From contig NC_045697.1 of the NCBI RefSeq assembly GCF_009834535.1, positions 104,100,001 through 104,164,000 of the forward strand: 64,000 nt of DNA. The letters run 5' to 3'. Shown piece by piece: positions 54,067 through 64,000 of the stretch (within the stretch, counting starts at the first letter, position 1; each line of letters starts with the position of its first letter). The DNA is from Camelus ferus (Eukaryota). Under the pieces are notes generated by a model. That model was not told the origin of the DNA and searched no databases. It worked only from the letters and a program-made list of their open reading frames with translations. The translations under genes and the position numbers were made by a program.

Positions 54067-56233
54067 CAAGGGTCTCATATACTCCACCACATAGCCAAAA
54101 TAGGCTATGTAACCAGGCAAAACAGGTGCAGATTATCAATCCACATATTTTTAATAAGCAATGTAGACAAGCTAGTCCAGAGTGCTTTCAGGGGATTTTC
54201 AGACTTTAAATAGCACATTCAATGTCACTAGCCAGTACATTTCATTCGTATCTTGGCTGAGGGAGAGCACCATGGCTCTAGGTATCCCTGGAGTTAAAGA
54301 AAAGCTGCCATGGATCAAGCTGCAAGCTAACCCCACACTTCCCTACCAAAACTGTAAATCAAAAGTAGTGCTGAATCACTGATGGAATCTCAGACTTGAA
54401 AAACTTAAGAGTGATAATTCTTTGTATATTTCCATTTAATACTCTGGTTTAGTTGGACAAAATAGATTTGTGTCTTGAAGAATGGAAAGTTAATCAAATG
54501 GTAGCTTTCACTGCACTGCTGTTCTAAATAGAGCCTTCTTGCTGGGGTGCCTGGTATATGGCACATAATCCCCTGATCTTATATTTTGATTAACAGACAA
54601 CAAACAGAAGCAATTTGCCTTTACCTAGCAGGGACAGCAGTGCACTTTTATTTTTCAACTCAGTAATCTGTCAACTCTGGATCTTTGCTGCAATTTAATT
54701 CACAGGGACCTTAATTATCTTACCGTCTCACAGACTGTCAGGCAAGATCACTGCACTGACAGGTTATCTGATACAATCTGGAGAACAAGAAATATCAGGC
54801 ACCCTCCATGCCTTGGCACTATAAATACACGCCAAAATGAATGATGTACATCTTGTGAAAAATACAGGAGTCTCTCCCCTCAGTGAAGTTTGGGATGAGG
54901 GGTTAGATGGACGGATACTACAATGGAAAGGATAATTTGCTGAAAATGTACACACCCAACCAAAATGTTTATTTGCTTATCTTTGGATTTCGGAGTCTGA
55001 TGAGAATTATGGTCTCTCATCGTGTCTGCAGTAATAATATCCTGCCCTGATATAATAACCATAATTCTTGTTTTCTAGCCCCAGGATCTGCCCCGATATC
55101 AGTTCTTCCCATGTCTGGTTCACAATGGTTTTATGGGCCTTTAATATCATTCTAATAAATTAATTTTTCAAAAGTTAGCCAGAGTTGATTTTTATTCCTA
55201 ACAACTAAAGAATACTAACTTAACATAATAATTAGGAAAGTATTACAAATGAGATAATAAAATTTCATCTCACATTAGTAGGTATTAATTACAGATAATA
55301 TCAATTATTCACATTAAACACTTGAGAATATTATATGCTTTCTAAAGTTATTGCTGAAAACTCAAGATTCCATTAAGAAATTGCACTAAAGTGTGTATAC
55401 TACTATATTTATTTTTCTATTGTTACATAGAGATTTGATAAAATTAGGCCACAATATCCTGTTTATATAGTCAAATGATGATGAGTTTTTGACCTGGCTG
55501 AAAATATTATAAAACCTTTTTGAGGTTTAAATGTTTTCCAATTGTACAATAAATCAGGTGGGGAAATCTAGTTAATATTTATCGATCTTACATAAACAGT
55601 GCCCTGCACTAGATATTCTAGGGTAAAAACAAAAAGCTGTTTGCTTATTGATGCTTGCAAGTAATAATTTTTATACTGAATTTAGAGTTGAAAGCCTTTT
55701 TATAGATTTTATCAGTGTATATAACGCCCTTGTAATTGTCATAAAAAAATGTTTTACAGTTAAAAGAATCTAGGAAAATAGCTTTTAAGATTCAATCAGA
55801 TAGAATCAATGAAGTTTTTTCAAATTATGCATTCTCAAATTGTCCTTTTGTTTGGCAAGATTTGGTAAAATGAAAATGGACTGGAACAGGAGAAGCAGCA
55901 AACTGAAGGCATTATACTCAGGCATTCCAAGGCTAGGAATGAGCACATGTGAAAGCTGAGGGTCTGGGAAATGATTTCCTTAAAACCATCAATATTTAAG
56001 ACGCCTGGGAAGTCTTCAGGAGTTCTTCAGCTTGAATACCTTCTTGAATATCTAATGTATGTTTCCTTGGTTTTAATCTAGTTTTAGTTGTTTTCTTTTT
56101 CTTAATGTGTACAAACCACACTGTTTTAAAATCCAAAGTACACAGAGAACCAGCTTTCTTTAATAATGTCTTACAAATATCGGCTGGTGTTAAAACTTAC
56201 TTGCTCATTTTTTTTTCCAGCAATTTCACACTT

Positions 56234-56283
56234 TTGGTTCTGACTGGTGCAATTCTGTTGGTTCTGACTGGTGCAATTCTGTT
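56234..56283. repeat. 24-bp perfect tandem duplication
   Basis: TTGGTTCTGACTGGTGCAATTCTG x2. Confidence 0.95.
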
Positions 56284-58553
56284 TTCTCAGACTGCTAGAT
56301 CTGCTAATTAAAAAATTACCATTTGAACTTGAAACTACATATACGCTTTATTGTTCATTTTATTCATTATTTTGCACCTTCACACACTGGATAAAGGTAT
56401 GGTGGTAATGTTTTCCACAAGCGGAAACAAAGTTCCATAAAATAATATGTTTCAGTAGTTGTCAAATCTCTTGAAATCATAATTATCTGTGTCCATAATA
56501 AGAAATATATACATGCATATACATCCATCCAGCTACTTATGTATACAAATCCCATTCTAAGATATTAAGAGGTATATCAGTATTTTTCCAATGCAATTCA
56601 GAAATGAAATTCCCCATTCTTCAAGGACAGAGGCTTAACTGTGTATATGCAAGGAGAATTCTAAATTCACAAACAAAAATCTAGAATATAACAACATTTT
56701 TGGAAGACTGTTATAAACAAGATGACAAATATCACATTTAGTAAAATTCTACTGTAACTTCCAGTTCAGTCTCACAGGGTAATAACTTATTGAATAAAAG
56801 TATAAATAAAAACTGAATTAAACATAACAGAAAAAAATAGAAAGTAGCAGTCTTAAACATGAAATTTGAAAGTCTAAATCCATCCCTTTATCCATCCATC
56901 CATCATGTTAACAAACCAGGTGGTCTGCTAGGGTAGAATATAAAGGTAAGTCATGTCCTCAGTGAACTCAGAGCCTAGAAGCTGACAAACAGATAGAAAA
57001 GACAGCTGTTTCTTTGCTTTCAAGCTCTGTGCCCCATCTTCACCAGCATCAGAGAGAACTGGACTGATGTCCTTGTCTTCTACCATTACCTTCTGCTCCC
57101 CAGTCTATTCCTAATCCTCTCTGCTCCTAATTCATCTCCCATATAGGGTCTTAAACTTGACACTTAGATTGGACTCTTTCTTCTCTGGTACTGAAAACTC
57201 AGGCATCCCAGGCATTTACACCCAGTTAGTTACCTGCCTGCAGCCCAGTTTGCACAACCAGTTATTCCAATGGAACTTTAAAGCACAGACCATCAAGGCT
57301 GATACTTCTCCCTGGATCATCCCATCCTGGGGATGTCCACAGTACTACATGACAAGTGCTGTAAAGATGACATCACATTTGGTGCCTCCAGGAGGGATCA
57401 CACAGCTGCCCAGGACTGAATGGATGTTTGGCAGTCACGAAAGAGCTCAGAGAGCTCACAGAGGAGCTAGTGCTTGAAATGTGATTTTGAGGCTTGAAAA
57501 AAAAAATAGAGGTGTGTCGAGTATAATGAAGGCAACAGAATGGCAGAAAACCTCGACTTTTTGGACATAAAATCAATTCTAGAATACAGAGGCAGAGAGC
57601 CGTGGAAGATGAACCCATCTCCAAAACAATATAGCAGTATAAAACTTTGAGCTCCCACCAAGGCAGTGAAAAACTGAACACACAGTAACATACTTATTAA
57701 TCTTGTTAATTCAGGGTTATGGTTGGAATAGATGTTGATTTTATAGTATTAGTTATAGCTAGGACATGGGAAAAATTATGAATACCCCTCAGAAAAAAGA
57801 TTGAAATTAAGTAATTATTTGAAAATAAAATAAAGAATTCATCAATCTTTTATGGGTAAAATTGGTTACTTACAAGAACATTCTACAAAGAACTTTGGTC
57901 TAGCTGACTCCAAAGCTTTTCTCTTAAATTATGCTTTTAATTAACTCTCTTTCCACTGATCCCATACTTACCAAGCAGTAAGTATAATTTCCTTCTCTAT
58001 GTAGAGATTCCTAAATGGATGGAAAGTATGCTCTGACTAACTGCCATGAATATTTATGTTCTCTGGAAGTTATATTCTCACTGCAAATTAATGCACTGGC
58101 GTTTAGTTTGTGTGTCAACATGTATGAGTTTGTTTATTTGGGGTTAAAGCCCTTACTAAGGTTGATGACCATTGGGTATGCTGCAAAGTCACGTTTCTGG
58201 ATCTCCAAACTGACGAACAGGTCTTTGACTAGGGTAATCTGTCCAGAAACAGCCACCTGACGAAGGCCAGCTTAGTGACCATTGTCCTCTCATGGTAATA
58301 CATCTCTCATGGCCCTCTTCGTTACTATAATAATAATGAGACCACGTGACTTAATTAAGTTTTTTAAGTACCATAAAGGATCGTAGGAAAAAATACAAGA
58401 TCGATGAAAATTAATAACATAGCCAGGAAGGCAGAATTTTGGATGTAACAAACCAAAGTGTGAAAAAAAATTCAGTGGTTCCATGAACAGTTTTAGCTGT
58501 AACATCTTAATATTTTTCTAGAATAATGAGATAATTAAGGATATATTATCCAT

Positions 58554-58885
58554 TGCAGTGGCTATAAGAATGTACCTCAGAGACTGCTAACTACAGGGAG
58601 TGTAATTAATCAAGAGTCCCAATTACTATGTTTTGAAATTTGTGTTTCCTCAACCTTCATGGGTCACTCCCAGCCAACGACTGTGTGCATCATATTAATT
58701 CTTCCAATCCATGAACACAGTATATCTTTCCCTCTGTTTGTGTTGTCTTCAATTTCTTTCATCAGTGTCTTATAGTTTTCCGAGTACAGGTCTTTCACCT
58801 CCTTATACACTTTTAATAAAATTGTACCTGCTTCTATTAGCCAGAGTTGATTTTTGCTCTTTGCAAATAAGACCTTGATTAATAC
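58554..58885 (+). mobile_element. ERVL LTR16-like remnant interrupted by an L1 piece
   Basis: tgcagtggctataagaatg...actacagggagtgtaatt start and aataaa...ttagccagagttgatt...gattaatac end. Confidence 0.55.
58692..58804 (-). mobile_element. Isolated internal L1 ORF2 fragment
   Basis: Encodes KEVKDLYSENYKTLMKEIEDNTNRGKDILCSWIGRIN, a well-preserved post-RT ORF2 segment. No tail or TSD seen. Confidence 0.9.
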
Positions 58886-61716
58886 TCTACCTTTCCTGAA
58901 TGGGTAATTCAAGAGACTTTGGTTCTTACTGCTTGGACTAGACTGCATTGCCCCTGAATGCATTCAAGGTCAGCACCAATGTGCCAGCTATTGAGTCTTT
59001 ATTTGTTTGAGGAACTTGTTTTATGCCTGAGCAAGATTAGTTCTGCCTCTGCTTTGTGAAGCTACCCACAGACATGCAGCAGGCTTTAAGTTCTGCTGTT
59101 TTGCTTCAGTTTTCCCAGCTAATAAATGGTAGACTAGGGATTTATTCAGATTTTCTGACTCCAAAGTATTTCCTCCTCTAGTGACTTTGATTAGTTATGT
59201 CTCACAGTTGGGGATGGTCCCTCTGAGGGTGAGATCTCTTCTCTTCCCAAATCACAGCATTAAGATAGTTTCCACATCATCCAGTTGACTACCTCCTGTC
59301 GACAATAGCAATCATTTTGATTCGCACGCCATTATTTATTATTGAAACGTCTTAATAGCATCCGCCCCACCCATCCTACACCTGCCACCTCATTAATGTA
59401 CTGCACGTATCTCTGCACTTGTCCTTCATCAGTGCACCTTTCACTGACTTCCTCTCTCCAGAAGGAACAGCACGATCTCAGCACCCTGGTCAGCCTGGAT
59501 TCCACCACTGGAATCATTGCTGCTTCCCTTCCTGCCTTCCAAAACTCCTGGTGTGCTTCCTTCATTGCTCATTTTGGCCCTTTTCTAATCCCAACAACTG
59601 GAATAACACAGCAATTTACACTTCATATAGAAATGCATGGCTTTGACTCAGGTGACTAGAGAAGGAAAACTTAGAGAAAGCTTTTCTTAAATCGCAAAAA
59701 GATAGTGACTCCAGAATTCATTCCAGAATTTCTGAGTGTTCCATCAAGTGATTCTTCCATTCTTTTTTCACAGCTCTACACTTTTCCCTCTTCTGACCCC
59801 AAAACTGTTTTGAAATGATAGGTAGTTTTGTGGAGAGAAGAGACCCTTAATGTTGCAGAAGGCTATCTACTGTTTTAACTGAACAAGAGCTTCCCACAAA
59901 TAAAATGAACTTACTTTATGTATTTAATTTTATACGAAGTTCATAGATAGAAGGCTTATTTTTGTAAAAGAAGAATCTTGCTGGGTTGATGATTCCTACC
60001 AGTTTCCTAATAGAAAAAAAAATGGATGTCTCAGTTGAAATACATAATAAGCCTTGAAAATTCTCCAAATCACCTCTCCTTTTTAAAAATGTTCAGACTG
60101 AAAGATGAGATGGAGACAGCAGTGCTGCTGAAGATCAAATAAAGTACCATTGTAAGCGTTCTCAGTAGACAGAGCTCATCCCATAAGTCATTAAACACAT
60201 AAATTCCAGAAGAACACATCAATGTCATTTTTCACTGCTCCAACAACACATCCAAAGCAGAGTAAAATATTTTCAATAAATTTGACATCCAGATTGCTTA
60301 TTTCAGTGTTTCCACTTTTCTCTTCATCACCTTCTGTCCCAGAGATAAAAAGTTGAAAATTGCGATAGAAAATTTCAGATGTTTTCCAATAGCTGATTCT
60401 TCTAAAATATTGATGAAATTCATAACGAAAATATTTTTCAGTGTTTTTCTGTTAGTGCCACCAAAACGATCCAAGCAGATGATTATTTAATAAAGAGCAA
60501 TGCATACAGTCGATTCATAGGAAGCCACAGGTACCAAAGAGGATGTGCCAAGAGAGTTTGAGAACAGTAAGAGGAAGAGGTTATCAAGTGAAACTGAGAG
60601 CTGTGGAAATCAAGTCTCAAGGGCACACATAGCACCTGTGAAGGTGGCCCACTGTACAAAGTGCTTTGAAAAAGTGCTGCCTCTGAGACTGAGGACTTGT
60701 GGTTATAAAGACCTAGTTGTAATTTTGGGAAATCGTGCCTGTAATTGATTCCACTAAAATATAAGTTGCCTGGAAGAGATAATGTCATGACTGACAAAAA
60801 AACAGAAAGCAGTAGATGAGGAAGAATTTGTCAAGCACCCTATTGCAGTCTCCGAGAAGCTGGGGCTGACTCCAGCGGCCAATTCCAGTCACCAAGCCAG
60901 AAGCCCCCCAGGGGTGATGCAGCTCCACAGGCAGTCAAAGCCTGGCAGGCACGTCTTGTAAAGCCATCTACCACCCTTTCCACCCTTCTCATCTCAACCA
61001 GTGCTCACCAGTGGACCTTGTGATCTATGATTTGCTTTCTGCAGTGAAATGGGAAGTTATGTCCTAAGTCAAGAGTGAGGATTTGTGGCCTTGTTGAATA
61101 CAGATTTGAACATACATTGGCAATCTGGTGTATGAACTAGTTTCTACAATTTTGGGTTAATGTAAATCAGTTTCTGCTTCCTGATTATTTCTTAGTGAAC
61201 TGGTAAATATTTTTCTTTTGGAAACTGCAGGGCTATAAACTAGACACGGAGATAATGTTTTCATCAAAGCCTGCCTTCCCATGGAATTCTGCAGAGAAGC
61301 TTACTTCAGTATCTTAAATATCTCTTTTACCCCAGTAAGGAGCACAACCATTCAATTGTCCTATTTTTCCAACTTGGGAAGGCAAATGAGTTATCTAAAT
61401 CGAGATGAAATTTTGTGATTACACTCTGCAAAATTCACAAAAAGACGCATTACCATATATACATGAATGCGCTACTCTCCATGTAAACAAGTGATTACTT
61501 ATTTAGGAAGAGAATTATCACTGCAGACGTAAAATTTCGTAAGTCTTATCCTTCTCCTTCATAATCCTTTTAAAATAAGAAGGTATAAATAATTATACAT
61601 TTTAATTCAGACTTTGGTATTCCAAATATTGTTTTATACTTTGCTGCTCACATTAGCAGACTAATTTTTAGAACAGGGTTTTGATAAATGTATTCATTTA
61701 AAATTTTTTCAAATGG

Positions 61717-61810
61717 TAATCTTATAATTCTTTCAGTTCTTTATCCTAAGTAAAATTATAAACTAATATTATAATTCTTTCAGTTCTTTATCCTAAGTAA
61801 AATTATAAAC
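61717..61810. repeat. 47-bp tandem duplication
   Basis: 61717-61763 and 61764-61810 are identical at 46/47 positions. Confidence 0.95.
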
Positions 61811-62260
61811 TATCAGCTATTTATTCCAGTATTATTTTAAATTTACCCAACAACATTATTTATGCTAGTACATGCTACTACTTAATGCTGAAAGTACAGT
61901 ACTAAACAAGACACACAGGTCTCCAGTCTAATGGGCCTTTTGGACATTAAATTCTGGTGGGGGTACTGATAGACTAATAGTAAACAAGTAAACAAGATGA
62001 TTTCAGGGCCATGAATAAGATAAAATAAGGTGATGTAATGAGGTAAGGGTGTGTGTGTCTGTGTCTGTGTGTGGGTTGGAGGATGTTTGTTTAGACTGAG
62101 TTCTTAGAGAAGGCCTCCATATGAATATGACATTTAAGCTGAAACCTGAGTGAAGGAGGGAATGGAGAAGTCAGGGGCAGATCTGGGAAAAGAACATCAC
62201 AGGTAGATGGAGTAAAACAAGCGAAGCTCCAGAGGTAGGAGCAGAGTGGGTATGTTGACC

Positions 62261-62726
62261 TGTGGCAGACAGACAGCTCAGGTGCCTCCATATGACTGAC
62301 TCATTCTGGTGTATGTATCTTTGGATAATTCCCTCCCCATAAGTGTATGTGTATGTGTTATCTGTGACATGCTTCTAACCAATCAAAAGATGAGCTGTCA
62401 CTCCTCTTATGTGATATAAGACTCTATCTTGCTATCAGACTCAGTCCAGTCTCTCACTCTTTTTCTGTTGTTGGCAAACCACAGCCAAAAGGAACTGAAT
62501 GCTTTTGAAACCCACACCAGTGGGGAACCTGCTGCTTCCTTAGCTGGGCCTCCAGATGAGAACACCATCTTGACCAGTCCCTTGATTGGAGCCTGTGAGA
62601 CCCTAAGCAAAGGATCCAGGTAAGATATGCCTGGACTCCTGACCCACAGAAACTATGAGATAATAGATGTGTTGTTCTACCTTGTTAAATTGTAGCAATT
62701 TGTTACAGAACATAGAAGTCAATCCA
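62261..62726 (+). mobile_element. MaLR LTR (MLT1E/F-like)
   Basis: TGTGGCAGAC start, gcctgtgagaccctaagca...cctgacccacagaaactatgagataatagatgt 3' part. Confidence 0.75.
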
Positions 62727-63354
62727 TGGCCCCCAGTCAGAATGTACTTTTGGCTGAAGGGCCATGATCCAAGGGAACAGGACTACATTTGAGATGAGGC
62801 TGAAGGGTGACGACGTAGGACCTTAAGACATGGTAAGAAAATTTGATTTTACTATTAAGTGTGTTAGAAAGTCATTGGAGAGATTTAAATAGGAGAGTGA
62901 TATGATTAGGCATTTCCTGGTTACTTGTGAAGGGTGGGCTATGGGGTGACCAGAGTGAACAGGAAGACATCTCAGAAGGCAGCTACGTTCATTAGTCTAG
63001 ATGAGAGAATGAAGTGGCTGGGATTAGGGTGGTAGAATGGAGTATAGTTTTTAAAAAAGAGAGAGACAGAGAGAGAAGAGTCAGGAAAAATTTGAATGCA
63101 GTCTACCAAATCATTTGGATTCAGCAACTGGGAGTATGGTGATTTCTTTACTGAAATGGAGAAATCTGAAGGTAAAGTTGGGTTTCTCAGGTAGAACACA
63201 GAGAGGGCAAATCCAGAGTGCTATTTTGACCTGTTAAATTTGAGATATCAGTGACATATTCAGGGGGTAAGATGTCAAGGAAGCTATTGAATAAGCAGGT
63301 CTGAGACTCAGTTTGAGTGACATATATTTGGAAGTAATCAGAATACTGATTGTA

Positions 63355-63932
63355 CTCTTTCTCTTCCTGTCCCAGGCGATTCGGGATCTCCCGGCCCCAG
63401 TGCAGACACGACCACGTCGAAGAACCACACCACACACAACCAGTCCCGAAAATGGCACAGAAATGGCATCAAAAAACCCCGATCACAACGATACGAATCT
63501 CTTAAGGGGGTGGACCCCAAGTTCCTGAGGAACATGCGCTTTGCCAAGAAGCACACCAAGAAGGGCCTGAAGAAGATGCAGGCCAACAACGCCAAGGCCA
63601 TGAGTGCACATGCTGAGGCTATCAAGGCTCTCGGAAAGCCCAAGGAGGTCAAGCCCAAGGTCCCAGAGGGCAGCAGCCGCGAGCTCCGTCGACTTGCCTA
63701 CATTGCTCACCCCAAGCTCGGGAAACGTGCTCGTGCCCGGATCGCCAAGGGTCTCAGGCTCCGTCAGCCAAAGGACAAGGACAAGGCTCAGACCAAGGCC
63801 ACAGCTTCAGCTGCAGCTCCGGCTCCAGCTCAGGCTCCCAAAGGCACCCAGGCCCCCACAAAGGCTCCCGAATAGAGGCTCCCATCTATTGATGTGAGGA
63901 TAGAAGGACTGGCATGACCCCTGGGCTGCTGT
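63355..63932 (+). pseudogene. RPL29: RPL29 processed pseudogene (60S ribosomal protein eL29 retrocopy)
   Basis: Intronless. 5' TOP-like CTCTTTCTCTTCC at 63355. Frame 63408-63875 reads [49 protein letters not shown]...APTKAPE*, with ACG at the start position. Partial 3'UTR to about 63932, no AATAAA and no poly(A). Confidence 0.95.
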
Positions 63933-64000
63933 TAGTTAAAACCAGAAATGGGATTGGAAGAGGAAGTGTTAACATGATATGTAATAAGGAAAACTTAAAT

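Larger units (their letters stand above)
61840..64000 (-). mobile_element. L2 remnant interrupted by an MLT1 LTR and the RPL29 retrocopy
   Basis: L2 antisense motifs at 61840-62260, 62790-63354 and resuming at 63933. Confidence 0.65.

Noticed and set aside
63313..63897. Alternative-frame and antisense ORFs over the retrocopy
   Set aside because: Shadows of the RPL29 coding sequence.
1..64000. CRISPR arrays, operons, NUMTs or viral coding genes
   Set aside because: No repeat-spacer arrays, mitochondrial-like segments or gag/pol/env frames recognised. Ordinary mammalian intron and intergenic architecture.

Overview
Mammalian genomic DNA, probably camelid (inferred from a short tRNA-Ala-derived SINE and artiodactyl-type L1 3' ends). 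The window holds the 5' half of TTC29 (sperm-flagellum/ciliary TPR protein) on the minus strand: a CpG-island promoter at about 52.2-52.8 kb with GC boxes and an RFX X-box-like site, two probable 5'UTR exons, and four coding exons (92, 84, 224 and 186 coding nt). All four have GT-AG junctions and compatible phases and give the first 195 aa; the gene continues past position 1. Upstream, at 63.36-63.93 kb, lies an RPL29 processed pseudogene with an open frame but an ACG in place of the start ATG and no poly(A) tail. The rest is AT-rich intronic or intergenic DNA with L1, L2, MIR, MaLR, ERVL/ERV1 LTRs and a MER53 MITE. Almost all other short ORFs are repeat-derived or chance. I found no convincing new biological system. 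The most unusual pattern is three tail-less retro-insertions without normal target-site duplications (the RPL29 copy and two internal L1 ORF2 pieces) within about 11 kb upstream of this promoter. Repeat family names come from recalled consensus sequences and their boundaries are approximate unless a TSD is quoted.
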